Below, piece after piece: positions 30,156-40,273 of a stretch of 64,000 bases of DNA. The notes below the pieces were generated by a model, which saw only the letters and a list, made by a program, of their open reading frames with translations, was not told the DNA's origin and did not search any database. The stretch covers positions 15,092-79,091 of the forward strand of contig CALLPN010000009.1 in NCBI GenBank assembly GCA_938015435.1. Direction: 5' to 3'. Position 1 is the first letter of the stretch. Each line of letters starts with the position of its first letter. Origin of the DNA: an uncultured Saprospiraceae bacterium. GTDB taxonomy: Bacteria; Bacteroidota; Bacteroidia; Chitinophagales; Saprospiraceae. Made by a program: the position numbers and the translations under genes.

Positions 30156-30481
30156 TTGTTTAATTTCAATTTATCTTTCTGAATCTATAATGCAATCTTA
30201 TCGAAAAGAAAACACCTCCAAGCTCAATGAGCATCAATGTTTGCAATATTGCAATGAAAGTGATAGACACTTAAAGAGCCGCAAATATATCAATACCTTA
30301 ACCATAGACTAATTCTTCCGTAACCAATCTGACTATTAAGTCTTTATATATTTTAGTTAGTGTCATGAATACACTATTGTTCTTGTGGTCACTTCACAAA
30401 TTTTAGAGGCTATTATAAAAACTCCCAATCAGCCTGAGTCCATTGGAAGTTGTATATTATCAAACAGTCTTTTTCTGATAC

Positions 30482-31360
30482 TTAGTCCCTATTCCATAGG
30501 AAAGATGCTCCTATTTGGATACGGATCCCACTGATATCATAAGGCAACGTAGTAGTTTCGTTACCATTATAGACTACTTTAGGATTCTCACCATTGAGAT
30601 CTAATCTCGATTCTTTAGCATCTTCGACTTGTGAAGTAAATATGATCGATCCATCAGAATTATTGCTACCTACATCATAATGAGCAGACAGAAATACGTC
30701 TACTCTATCCATTACTCTATATACTAAATCTATCGCTGGACCATACACCAATACACTAGATTGCAGTGCTACATCTAATGCTGGTTCGTTGTATTGTGTT
30801 TGTCCAATCTGGATAAACCCTGTATTGTTAAGCATCTGTCCTACTTCGAAACCAAAGCCTCCAAATCCTCCAAAGATTGATGGTCGTATCAATAATTCTT
30901 TGTCTCCTATATCTATCGGAAAATTCCAGCCTAATCCATAAGTTAACATCAAACCACTGCCTGCATCGCCTAAGGTAACGTCTATATCTAGATCGTGAGC
31001 TAAGCCACTATATCTTCCAAATTTATAACCCAATGAAATACCCACACTTGTGTACCCATCAGCTATCTCTGTAGTGGTCATTAAATTATCAGGAGAAGGA
31101 GAATTATCAGTAAATGAAGTGATTAACGTTCCTGGATCTGTAGAGATAAACCTTGGGCCAAAACCCAAAGTGATAGCTCTATATCTTTCATACTCCGTTT
31201 TAGCATATTCCTCTCCATCCTCTTCTTCATCCATCATCTCTTCCTTCTTTTCTATCTTCTTTTCCGCTCTTTTTTTACTGCCTCTTTTCTTCTGTCCATA
31301 CACTGCGCTGACGCTTATCATTACAATGGCTAATAATAATATTTTTTTCATTCTATTCAA
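30482..31360 (-). CDS. Secreted/outer-membrane hypothetical protein with a K/E-rich N-terminal segment
   Basis: Signal peptide (VSAVYGQ), a charged low-complexity stretch, then a beta-rich region. Confidence 0.5.
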   Translation of the reverse strand: MNRMKKILLLAIVMISVSAVYGQKKRGSKKRAEKKIEKKEEMMDEEEDGEEYAKTEYERYRAITLGFGPRFISTDPGTLITSFTDNSPSPDNLMTTTEIADGYTSVGISLGYKFGRYSGLAHDLDIDVTLGDAGSGLMLTYGLGWNFPIDIGDKELLIRPSIFGGFGGFGFEVGQMLNNTGFIQIGQTQYNEPALDVALQSSVLVYGPAIDLVYRVMDRVDVFLSAHYDVGSNNSDGSIIFTSQVEDAKESRLDLNGENPKVVYNGNETTTLPYDISGIRIQIGASFLWNRD

Positions 31361-31458
31361 TTCATTAAAGGGTTATAAATAAAATCTCATCATCCGAAAC
31401 TCGAACAATATGATGAGCTAAAGTAAAAATTATTTTGGATTAAGAATAATCATTGCTT

Positions 31459-32202
31459 CTAAGCATGCTTCAATATATCCTTCGCTTGATACCATTGATA
31501 TGCTTTACTAAAAATGATCGCTACTAATATAGCAGGCAGAAGATTCTCTAAGGTAATCTCACCAAGGTTCAGCATATTGATAGAGATACCAATAATAAGA
31601 ATTCCGCCCACAGAACTAACTAAGTCCAATGTATTTTTGTCAAATATTGGCTTTAGTACTTCAGCCAACATTGTAATTCCTCCTTGAAAAATAAGCATAG
31701 GAATAATAGAAAATAAAACTCCTATTCCGTAAGAAGCAGTAAGCGCAATAGCCGTAAAGCCATCCAAAGTTGATTTAACATAAATAAGATTCCGATCCTT
31801 GCTAAGACCTTCTTCTAACGCACCTACGATGGTCATACTACCAATGCAAAAAAGTAAAAAGGCCGTAATCAATCCTTCTGTAAATTTACTATCAGAAGCA
31901 CCAACTAATGTTTTTAAATGGTCAGACAAACCGGACATCAATTCGGCTAACCCTAACAACTCGCCTGAGATACCACCCAGTATCATAGCAAAAATAAAAA
32001 TTAGCATATAACCATCAGGCAACTTAAGTGCCATCTTAAGGCCGATAAGAATAGTACCTAAGCCCACCGCCTGAAAAACAATATTCTGAATATCTTCTGT
32101 AAATACTGACTGTAATAATAGACCTAATATACTTCCAATTGTTACTGTGAGCATATTGACAAATGTGGCAATTGGCCATTGGAGTCTAGATGATTTACTC
32201 AT
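31459..32202 (-). CDS. DUF554 family membrane protein
   Basis: The N-terminal pattern ATFVNMLTVTIGSILGLLL...QAVGLGTILIGLKM matches the YdfK/YqgA-type DUF554 pattern. Confidence 0.7.
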   Translation of the reverse strand: MSKSSRLQWPIATFVNMLTVTIGSILGLLLQSVFTEDIQNIVFQAVGLGTILIGLKMALKLPDGYMLIFIFAMILGGISGELLGLAELMSGLSDHLKTLVGASDSKFTEGLITAFLLFCIGSMTIVGALEEGLSKDRNLIYVKSTLDGFTAIALTASYGIGVLFSIIPMLIFQGGITMLAEVLKPIFDKNTLDLVSSVGGILIIGISINMLNLGEITLENLLPAILVAIIFSKAYQWYQAKDILKHA

Positions 32203-32663
32203 ATTTGCTTTCTTTTAATTGCCCATTCAGATTCAACAAAAACCTTGAATTGCTGCATCCATTTCTCAGGACCTTTCTTAAATTTTCCAGAAAACAATTT
32301 GGCCATTATTTTGATCATAAAACCTTTTAGTTCTATGTAGTTGACTTTTGTAGAATACAAGGTCGATTTTCCATCTATATCTTCAAAAGAACTAAACATA
32401 AGATTATCCATATGCTTATGTTCGTATAAAGCTTCAAAATTATGAGGGAGATTGTTTTCACGGATAGTCTCTTTCAATTCCATATCCGACTTTCCAAACT
32501 TGTATAGCAGTCTGGTCTGAGCACCAACTTGATCTCGATCACCATTAAGTAGAGTTGCAGACTGAAAGTCATCTTGCCATTTATCGAAGTGATCACTCCT
32601 CCGAAGGTATGAAGCCACAAAATCTCGTGGCGCATTTATGAGTATTTGATTGCCTAATTCCAT
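32199..32663 (-). CDS. SRPBCC (START/polyketide-cyclase-like) family protein
   Basis: 154 aa with the N-terminal pattern ILINAPRDFVASYL. There is a 4-nt ATGA overlap with the downstream DUF554 gene. Confidence 0.5.
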   Translation of the reverse strand: MELGNQILINAPRDFVASYLRRSDHFDKWQDDFQSATLLNGDRDQVGAQTRLLYKFGKSDMELKETIRENNLPHNFEALYEHKHMDNLMFSSFEDIDGKSTLYSTKVNYIELKGFMIKIMAKLFSGKFKKGPEKWMQQFKVFVESEWAIKRKQI

Positions 32664-32743
32664 AATTGTAATATTAAGGAATTTTGTTGGCAGTTTTTAG
32701 CCGTGTTCAGTAGGCCGTTGGCATTAGGCAGTATGTAGGCGCT

Positions 32744-32786
32744 GTTGACTGTAGACTGTTGACAGTAGACTTTAGACTTTAGACTG
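32744..32786. repeat. Cluster of GACT/TAGACT short motifs just 3' of tonB
   Basis: GTTGACTGTAGACTGTTGACAGTAGACTTTAGACTTTAGACTG. Confidence 0.7.
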
Positions 32787-32790
32787 AAAA

Positions 32791-33873
32791 CTACTTCAAT
32801 TTAAAATCAACGATAATACTACCGCATTGCTTGATCGCACTGCTCGCTGAAAAACGGTATTTAAGCACTCCTTTTTCTGCTATTTCGATAAGTTCTTTAT
32901 CTGCCGATGTAGATCCCTTCTGAGTATATTTAGAGCTAATGACTTTGCCGGCAGCGTCAATACAGATATCTATGACTACTCTCCCCGTTTTTTGAGAGTC
33001 ATCTTTAATCTCTGGTTTGTATTCAACGGAACGATCGCTAAGTCCTTCTCCGACGATTCCTGAGCCTGTGGACAGATTTTCTAATGCTTTACTGTTAGGG
33101 TCGCCATCAGGATCACCTTGATTACCGCTATTATCGTTATTGCCACTTCCTCCTGATAGTAAACTTCCAAATTTACTTTTTTTAGCCTCGTATTCAGCTT
33201 TTTTCTTTGCATCTGCAGCTGCCTTTCGTTCCGCTTCTTCTGCAGCTTTCTTTGCGGCTTCTGCAGCTGCTTTTATTTTCGCATCTTCTGCAGCTTTCTT
33301 GGTAGCTTCAGCTGCTGCTTTTATCTCCGCTTCAGCTGCGGCCCTGCGTTCTGTTTCTTTTTGCGCTTTTTCTTTTGCCGCTTTTTTAGCTTCTTCGGCC
33401 TTTTTTTTCTTAGCAGCCTCCCTTGCTTTTTCTTTCTTTGCTTTTATCTCAGATTCTTCTTGGACGGTTTGTGCCTCGATAGATGCTTCTGGTTTGCTCT
33501 CTTTCACTTCATCTACTTTTTCAGGCACTACTTCTTTGGCTGATGGTTCTTTCTCTTGTTCGACAGATTTTTTAGGCGTATCGGGTGTATTTTCTTGTGG
33601 CTCTATTGGAGTATCAGATTGCGATTCTATTGGCGTATCTGTTTGCGATTCTGTATTAGGTTCTTGAGATTGAGCTTCTGTCGCACTATTGCCACCTTCT
33701 ATGATACCTAACTGTACTACGATACCACTGATTTGCTCAGTAGGTTTTTGGTGATCGTTAAAAAAGGTAGTAAAGCATAAGAGTAATAATAGCAAATGCA
33801 GGACTATGCTCAGCAGCAAGCCTCTTTTTCTATTTTGCTCTTCGTCAGCTAATATGACATCCTTATACTCCAT
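32791..33873 (-). CDS. tonB: TonB family energy transducer with an Ala/Lys/Glu-rich linker
   Basis: N-terminal anchor (LLLSIVLHLLLLLLCF) and a C-terminal TonB_C-like domain (GRVVIDICIDAAGKVIS...). It lies downstream of exbB-exbD-exbD. The linker is AAEAAKKAAEEA-type rather than Pro-rich. Confidence 0.8.
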   Translation of the reverse strand: MEYKDVILADEEQNRKRGLLLSIVLHLLLLLLCFTTFFNDHQKPTEQISGIVVQLGIIEGGNSATEAQSQEPNTESQTDTPIESQSDTPIEPQENTPDTPKKSVEQEKEPSAKEVVPEKVDEVKESKPEASIEAQTVQEESEIKAKKEKAREAAKKKKAEEAKKAAKEKAQKETERRAAAEAEIKAAAEATKKAAEDAKIKAAAEAAKKAAEEAERKAAADAKKKAEYEAKKSKFGSLLSGGSGNNDNSGNQGDPDGDPNSKALENLSTGSGIVGEGLSDRSVEYKPEIKDDSQKTGRVVIDICIDAAGKVISSKYTQKGSTSADKELIEIAEKGVLKYRFSASSAIKQCGSIIVDFKLK

Positions 33874-34087
33874 CTATTTCTTTTCCTTTCTTCTTATTTT
33901 ACATTATAGAATAGGATCGATTATTACAATGCTTATCAAATAGCATAGCAATCACGTAATACTCAAAATAGGTTGGAATTCTAAATAAGGAAAAATCTTT
34001 AAAACAAACTTAAAAAGTCAATTTAAAAATTTCGCTTCATTATAAATTCAGGAAGATATTCGCTTTGATAGCAGATAATTGACCTGA

Positions 34088-34492
34088 TTATTTTTTTGGA
34101 TCTTCTAGTACTGTCTTGATACCATATTGGTAAGCCAGATCTAATACAGCCACTACTTTATCGTTACTTGATTTAGCATTAGGGCTCACCTTTACAGTTG
34201 CATCTTTACCTTTAGCCTTTTTCAGGTTTCTCATTTTACTTTTCAACTTCGCATAATCTATTCTTGCTCCATCGAGGAAAAACGTTCCTTTTTTGGAAAT
34301 CGAAATAGAACTTATATCTGAAGGCTTAGAAGTACTTGGTTTACTGTTCTTTCCTGGTAATTTTAGATTAAGTGCATTGGGAGTCACAAGAGAGGATGTC
34401 AGCATAAAGAATATCAATAGTAAAAAGATGATATCTGTCAATGAAGACATACTGAATTCTGCGCTTACTTTTGATTTTTTCTTAAATCCCAT
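34088..34492 (-). CDS. exbD: ExbD/TolR family biopolymer transport protein
   Basis: N-terminal KVSAEFSMSSLTDIIFLLLIFFMLTSS motif. Size 134 aa. Confidence 0.85.
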   Translation of the reverse strand: MGFKKKSKVSAEFSMSSLTDIIFLLLIFFMLTSSLVTPNALNLKLPGKNSKPSTSKPSDISSISISKKGTFFLDGARIDYAKLKSKMRNLKKAKGKDATVKVSPNAKSSNDKVVAVLDLAYQYGIKTVLEDPKK

Positions 34493-34497
34493 AGTCT

Positions 34498-34887
34498 CTA
34501 TCCTCTTGGCTGTGTAGCGATGATTGCTTTTATTTTTAGTCCACTTGCGATCTGCATCACTTTGTGTACTTTCTCCCAGTTAGTTCCAGATTCTGAAATG
34601 ATACTCAATGTAGCATTATCTTTATTTTCTGAAGATCTTACTGCCTTCGCTATGTCTCTTTCTAGATTTCGCATACTACTTCTTCTTCCTTTTACAGTAA
34701 CTTCTCCATCCTTGAATAGCATCACAGATAAGTCCGTAGGCGCAACAGTAACACTGTCAGATACAGGCAAAGGCATATTGATCTGAACCATAGATGATGT
34801 CAACATAAAGAATATCAACAACAGAAATATGATATCCGTAAGGGACGACATACTAAATTCCGCACTGACTTTATTTCTCTTTTTCAT
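34498..34887 (-). CDS. exbD: ExbD/TolR family biopolymer transport protein
   Basis: Same N-terminal motif as its tandem paralog. Size 129 aa. Confidence 0.85.
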   Translation of the reverse strand: MKKRNKVSAEFSMSSLTDIIFLLLIFFMLTSSMVQINMPLPVSDSVTVAPTDLSVMLFKDGEVTVKGRRSSMRNLERDIAKAVRSSENKDNATLSIISESGTNWEKVHKVMQIASGLKIKAIIATQPRG

Positions 34888-34950
34888 ATCCTGATCTTAA
34901 TAGATACTATAACTGTAAATAACACATAATATTATTGTTAGTATCGAGTT

Positions 34951-35736
34951 CTACGATGATGGCTCTTGTAATAAATCCATGAAGTCCGTAGTGACACGCT
35001 CCATCTTGAAAATCACCTTCTCTACATTGGCTACTAATAAGTTATAACCAACAAAAGCAATAATACCGATCATCAAACCAAATGCTGTTGTCAATAAGGC
35101 TTGGTATATACCTTCTGCTAACTGAGCAGGACCTACGTTCTCTTCTGTTGCCATTGTCTGGAAGGCCAGAATCATACCCGTTACTGTACCGAAGAAACCA
35201 ATCATCGGTGCCGCACCAGCAATACTTGCCAGAGTAGATAGATTTTTCTCTAATTTGAATACCTCTAGATTACCAATATTTTCGATAGCTGCATCGATAT
35301 CTCTAAGTGGCTTTCCTATACGTTGTAGACCTTTTTCGACCATACGAGCCATTGGACTATCTGTACCGGCACAAGCTGCTTTAGCGCCTTCAATATTACC
35401 TGCCGCTACAGCAGACCTAATGTTGTTCATGAAGTTTTCATCTATTCTACCTGCTCTTTTGATAGTCATATACCTTTCAAAAAAGATATATACTGAGATA
35501 ACAGATAGTATCAACAACACACCGAATATAGACATACTCAAAATACCACCATCTATAATAATGTTTATGATGTTCTGAGCTGCACCTACTTCTTCAGTGT
35601 CTGGTGTCTGGAATAAAAAAAATCCTAAATGAAACATTAGCGTTTTTATTTGTAAGCCTATTAAAAGAATTCTAGTCCTCGAACATGATATGTATATAAG
35701 TAGTCCGCCTACTAGTAAAGTTATCGTTCGCATCAT
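34951..35736 (-). CDS. exbB: MotA/TolQ/ExbB proton channel family protein
   Basis: Three TM helices and the conserved region LASIAGAAPMIGFFGTVTGMI. The start could instead be Met34 (35637). Confidence 0.85.
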   Translation of the reverse strand: MMRTITLLVGGLLIYISCSRTRILLIGLQIKTLMFHLGFFLFQTPDTEEVGAAQNIINIIIDGGILSMSIFGVLLILSVISVYIFFERYMTIKRAGRIDENFMNNIRSAVAAGNIEGAKAACAGTDSPMARMVEKGLQRIGKPLRDIDAAIENIGNLEVFKLEKNLSTLASIAGAAPMIGFFGTVTGMILAFQTMATEENVGPAQLAEGIYQALLTTAFGLMIGIIAFVGYNLLVANVEKVIFKMERVTTDFMDLLQEPSS

Positions 35737-36022
35737 GAACGATGCTCAAATGCAATTAATTATTGCATAGACACAAAATTAACAATTAAATTTATATATT
35801 AAATAAATCCACCATTTGATTACAATGCTTTCCAAGTTACTGTAAATGTGACGATTACGCTGTATCTAGATACTTAATAAGTGTTATTTCTTACTTGTAA
35901 AGACAATAATAGTCTGAAAGAAGGTCCGAGGAAAGATATAGAAATGAGTAAACTACCAGCCCTTCTAGAATTCTTCTTCTAATTTCTCAGAATCCTTTCA
36001 AATTACAGGAATCATGAAAAAT

Positions 36023-36215
36023 ACTGGTCAAAACATTTTATTGATCACAGGTATGTCAACCATCGTTAATGTTTTGTCCCTGGAATTTATTCAGAATTGA
36101 TCTCTAACGACTGGTCGAAACATTTTATTAATTACCGAAATATCATTCGTCGTTAATGTTTTGTCCCTGAGAATTTATTCAGAATTGATCTCCAACGACT
36201 GGTCAAAACATTTTA
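36023..36215. repeat. Tandem hairpin-unit array A2 (87-88-bp units, 2 full plus a terminal arm)
   Basis: ACTGGTC[A/G]AAACATTTTA occurs at 36023, 36110 and 36198. The partner CGTTAATGTTTTGTCCCTG occurs at 36064 and 36150. The last copy contains the TTA (36213-36215) that is the stop of the adhesin gene. Confidence 0.9.
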
Positions 36216-39149
36216 TCTAATTATAGTGATATCACCAGACTTGAAGAATTTTTCGTCAGTTGCCGTCCTTACCTCAAGAAGATAGACATATACTCCAGAT
36301 AACACATCTTGGCCATTTAACTTACCATCCCAGCCTCTAGAAGACTCGCCGACAGCCATTTCTTTTGCCTCATAAACTAGACTTCCCCATCTATCGTAGA
36401 TGAGTAAACTCTCTATCATAGCACCATTATCTTCACCTTCAACCCAAAAAATATCATTGGAGCCATCTCCATTAGGTGAAAAAATATTAGGCACATATAT
36501 ATCAATGGAAGAATCTACTCTTAATTCGATCTCTTGACTGACACTACATCCATCATTGGTAATCAATTCGACAGTTATGATAGTGCTTTGCTTTTCATCA
36601 AAATCTATAGACTCACCTTGACCGATAAACTCTCCTAAAGCGTTGTACCAATTTATCTCAGCTATATCATCATCATTTACGGAGTGTTCTAGCACAAATG
36701 ATTCATTCGCGTAGTATTTGATATCTATTTCTGATGGTGCATCTAGGATGATTTCCAAAGGTTTAATTAATATAAGCTCTTCCGTATAGTTACATCCATT
36801 ATTATCCGTTATCGATAGATCATAAGTACCATCTGACAAGTCATTGAGCACCTCAGTTAACATTATCTCATTATCATCTATAGTTATGATATAAGGTGCT
36901 GCACCGCCAATAATAGACTCTACCATCATGAATCCATTATCGGTATCATAACACATCGGATCCGCAAGTTCACCCACGAAAGCAGTTGGAATATCCATGT
37001 TTTCGGTAATTGCAACTGTATCTCTACTTACACAGCCTAGAATTGTATTGGTTACAATGATTTCATACTCTCCTATCGAATTAGCTTCGATACGATCATC
37101 ACTTATATTGGTAAATGGATCTCCGCTGATCAGAATCCATTCATATAGAAATTCAGAACCAGTAGGTGCAATGGCTGATAACTCAAGTATTTGAGTATTA
37201 CAATTCCAAAGAATGTCTTGACCTGCATCTACTATTGGCCAATCCTTTATATCATTAATAGTAAATGTCTCAGTAGTCTGACAGCCATTAAATCCTATGA
37301 CAGTAAGCGTATAGGTTCCTGCTTGATCAATCATGATAACAGGGGCATCACTAGATATACCTGGACCAGACCACAGTTGAGATCTAGTGGCAACATCAGA
37401 GATATATGTAGCTTCTACCACTAATACATTGCAGTCTATATCCCTATAGTCAAGCGTAATAGATGGCTCTAAAAGATCACCATTTACATCAACGTTTTCT
37501 TCAGATATGCAGCCATTGGTTCCGGTGATCGTTACAGTATACATTCCTACCTGACTCACTATCGGTGATATATCATCTGAGGTAAACGAATCAGGTCCTG
37601 ACCAACTTACCGATTGCACATCTAAATCACTAGTGACGACTATAGTTCCCATTGGATCATCACATGTAATGATAGGTGGATCAATAGTTAATATCGGAGA
37701 GGTATTATCTTCAGTGATTTCTATCGTATGATTGATAATACAACCCGTCTCAATATCACTTGAAGTCAAAGCTACTGTATAGGATCCAGCAGTAGTTATT
37801 TCCAATGTCGCCGCATTGCCTAGAACTGTATTGCTAGCATCTGTCCATTCGAAGTTGAGTGACTCATTATTATTAATAATGTAAATCGGATTAAGTATAA
37901 TAGATTCTACATTACAGTCGATTTCAGATTCTCCGCTGTATTCTATATTATCAATTAGAATGGAGATACTGAATGAAAATCTAACCGAACAATCATTAGC
38001 ATCTTCAACCTCATAAAATCCAGCGCTACAGTAATCTACGCCTTGAAATTCGAAACAGTCCGATGCACAAATAAAGAAATTTCCTAGATCCGTTATTGAA
38101 CTAGGATTAAAAACTAGAGACTGTAAAAAAGTAGTACACCCTACTTCGCATTGAACTACGGTAGTTTCGGTATATGTTGAATCACAATATTCATATTCCT
38201 GCCCTTGACATAATACTATTTCTTGCTCTACTTGCAATACTTGAGATTCTACAACAATAGTTATCGTATTAAATATTACATCCGCAACTGTACAAGATCC
38301 AAGTCCGCCAAATACAGCAGGATTAAACTCAGCATTAGTGGTTATTTGGTAAGTCCCTTCGGAATAAAAGACTATCTGTGCACAGGCTGTACTTCCACCA
38401 CTCACTATATCATAAGCATCGTCAAGATTGATTGCCGAATTAGTAGGTGTACCTGCTACGGTCCATTCAAAACATGCCACATAACCAAGATCTGCTCCTG
38501 TTATGTCTCCACACGAAAAGCCACCAATATTTAAATCTGGTACATCAAAAGATACTTTGATTTGATCCCCTTCACATATGGATACACTTGATGCCGAAAT
38601 ATCTACATTGACATCATCAGGCTGCTCTGGTTCAGAAGTATCTATGCCACTCACCACTTCAAAAGTGTAATCACAAATTGAACCCGCGTAGCCATCTACA
38701 AATAAATAATAGATATTTCCAGGTATCATATCATTAAGAACAATATTAATCGGATCTACCCCTTGTTCAGCATAACAAAACATTGGGTTGCCAAAAGTAC
38801 AGTCCTCATACACTCCAGTTTGCAAGCCAAATAAATTAAACTGAGTTGGTGTACAAGAGGCAGGTATAATATTTAATTCTATTGTTGACTCACAGGGTAT
38901 AAATGAATACCATTGGTAATTATCTACATCACCTCCTACACATAAAACATCTGGATGACTACCTACTGACGTGTCTGTGGGTGTAGATGGAAGAGTACCT
39001 GTATATCCATCAAACAAATTACCACATAGAAAAACCGCAGAGTTACAATCTCCTCCGTTAGGAAGGATTTCTTCAAAACAATCTTGCGCTACCACGAAAA
39101 ATGGAAGGCAGAAAATCAAGAAAAGGGATTGCAGTATTTGGGTTCGCAT
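36213..39149 (-). CDS. Large Cys-rich cell-surface protein with a type-B T9SS C-terminal domain (gliding-motility-associated CTD)
   Basis: Signal peptide. Repeated Ig-like modules. The C-terminus VPNIFSPNGDGSNDIFWVEG...IYDRWGSLVYE...GWDGKLNGQDVLSGVYVYLLEV matches the CHU_C/TIGR04131 pattern. Confidence 0.85.
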   Translation of the reverse strand: MRTQILQSLFLIFCLPFFVVAQDCFEEILPNGGDCNSAVFLCGNLFDGYTGTLPSTPTDTSVGSHPDVLCVGGDVDNYQWYSFIPCESTIELNIIPASCTPTQFNLFGLQTGVYEDCTFGNPMFCYAEQGVDPINIVLNDMIPGNIYYLFVDGYAGSICDYTFEVVSGIDTSEPEQPDDVNVDISASSVSICEGDQIKVSFDVPDLNIGGFSCGDITGADLGYVACFEWTVAGTPTNSAINLDDAYDIVSGGSTACAQIVFYSEGTYQITTNAEFNPAVFGGLGSCTVADVIFNTITIVVESQVLQVEQEIVLCQGQEYEYCDSTYTETTVVQCEVGCTTFLQSLVFNPSSITDLGNFFICASDCFEFQGVDYCSAGFYEVEDANDCSVRFSFSISILIDNIEYSGESEIDCNVESIILNPIYIINNNESLNFEWTDASNTVLGNAATLEITTAGSYTVALTSSDIETGCIINHTIEITEDNTSPILTIDPPIITCDDPMGTIVVTSDLDVQSVSWSGPDSFTSDDISPIVSQVGMYTVTITGTNGCISEENVDVNGDLLEPSITLDYRDIDCNVLVVEATYISDVATRSQLWSGPGISSDAPVIMIDQAGTYTLTVIGFNGCQTTETFTINDIKDWPIVDAGQDILWNCNTQILELSAIAPTGSEFLYEWILISGDPFTNISDDRIEANSIGEYEIIVTNTILGCVSRDTVAITENMDIPTAFVGELADPMCYDTDNGFMMVESIIGGAAPYIITIDDNEIMLTEVLNDLSDGTYDLSITDNNGCNYTEELILIKPLEIILDAPSEIDIKYYANESFVLEHSVNDDDIAEINWYNALGEFIGQGESIDFDEKQSTIITVELITNDGCSVSQEIELRVDSSIDIYVPNIFSPNGDGSNDIFWVEGEDNGAMIESLLIYDRWGSLVYEAKEMAVGESSRGWDGKLNGQDVLSGVYVYLLEVRTATDEKFFKSGDITIIR

Positions 39150-39331
39150 GAAATATGTTGGGTTCTCTAATACATATATATATAATTAGAACTCTATAAA
39201 TCACTGATAATCAATGTAAAATGTTCTCACATTGAATATTAATCATAAGTGTCTGCAAATATAAAAATGAAAGTCGGAACCCTAAGCTTTCTTTGGTGTT
39301 TAACTATGTAACACACGACATTAATTACACT

Positions 39332-39688
39332 ATGAAGACACTCGTATTTGGTGCTAGTACCAATCCAACAAGATACTCATACCTTGCAATACAGCGCCTA
39401 TTATCTTTGGACCATGAGATTGTAGCCATTGGCGGCCGCGAAGCGGAAGTCTTGGGAATTCAAATTAAGAAAGGACATCTCGATGTAAAAGATATTCATA
39501 CCATAACATTATACATGGGTGAAGCTCGCCAAGCAGAACACGAAGATTACTTAATTAGTCTTAATCCTAAGCGCATAATATTCAATCCAGGGGCAGAGAA
39601 CCGTTCTCTCTACAAGCGAGCAAAAGCAGAAGGTGTAGAGGTATTGGAAGCGTGCACTCTCGTAATGTTGAATACAGGACAGTATTAA
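39332..39688 (+). CDS. CoA-binding domain protein (YccU-like)
   Basis: MKTLVFGASTNPTRYSYLAIQRL... is typical of the PF13380 CoA-binding fold. ATG 39332 is preferred over TTG 39293. Confidence 0.7.
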   Translation: MKTLVFGASTNPTRYSYLAIQRLLSLDHEIVAIGGREAEVLGIQIKKGHLDVKDIHTITLYMGEARQAEHEDYLISLNPKRIIFNPGAENRSLYKRAKAEGVEVLEACTLVMLNTGQY

Positions 39689-39723
39689 ATTATTAGCTTT
39701 TCAGTAAAGAAAGATTTAGATTA

Positions 39724-39753
39724 CCGACTAATTGACTGAAGACTGCCGACTGA
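39724..39753. repeat. Cluster of GACT/CCGACT short motifs just 3' of the CAP-domain gene
   Basis: CCGACTAATTGACTGAAGACTGCCGACTGA, similar in composition to 32744-32786. Confidence 0.6.
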
Positions 39754-39763
39754 ATATCGCCAA

Positions 39764-40273
39764 TTATTTCCTCTTAGATCTCCTAGATCCTTTCGGCAAC
39801 TTCTTACCAAAATGTTGTACCCAATATTTGGAATGTCTAGCGACACCCATCTCTTCTACCTTAGGATTCATAAGCATTCGACAATGGCTTGGACTATCAA
39901 TCCAATCATTCATTACTTCTCTAAATGATCTTTGTCCTTCTCCTAGATTTTCACCTGCAACTTGCCAAGGATAACCGAATCGATCAAGTCTATCTCCAAT
40001 ATCAAGACCTCTAGCACTAAAATGTGAAAAGAAATTTTTACGTTTCATCTCAGTCGCATGCGAAAGTGCTGATGTGTATAATATATCATCCCAGATTACC
40101 TTTTGAGCCGGTGGCATATATTCACCTCCGCAGTAACAACCTTGGATCCTAAGTCTATTGACCTTGTACAACATCATATCCTTAATATCCTCAGAGGGAT
40201 ATTCAGAATCCAGCTTCCTATCTAGACTTGTAGATAGCATCAGGAAAATTGATATGATTATATAGTTGTACAT
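39764..40273 (-). CDS. CAP/SCP/PR1-like (YkwD-type) secreted protein
   Basis: Signal peptide. Motifs HATEMKRKNFFSHF and VMNDWIDSPSHCRMLMNP...GVA are typical of the CAP domain. Confidence 0.75.
   Translation of the reverse strand: MYNYIIISIFLMLSTSLDRKLDSEYPSEDIKDMMLYKVNRLRIQGCYCGGEYMPPAQKVIWDDILYTSALSHATEMKRKNFFSHFSARGLDIGDRLDRFGYPWQVAGENLGEGQRSFREVMNDWIDSPSHCRMLMNPKVEEMGVARHSKYWVQHFGKKLPKGSRRSKRK

Noticed and set aside
30156-30481. Cobalamin or TPP riboswitch in the 325-nt leader of the BtuB-sized TonB-dependent receptor
   Set aside because: I read the minus-strand leader and found no B12 box (GCCACTG-type), no GGGAA...GGTG core and no CTGAGA/ACCTGATCTGGATAATGCCAGCG THI-box elements. This cannot be excluded without a covariance-model scan.
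33140-33667. 175-aa and 60-aa plus-strand ORFs antisense to tonB
   Set aside because: These are products of the low-complexity Ala/Lys/Glu-coding region read on the other strand (poly-Ala/Ser/Phe). The minus-strand TonB reading has a clear anchor and C-terminal domain.
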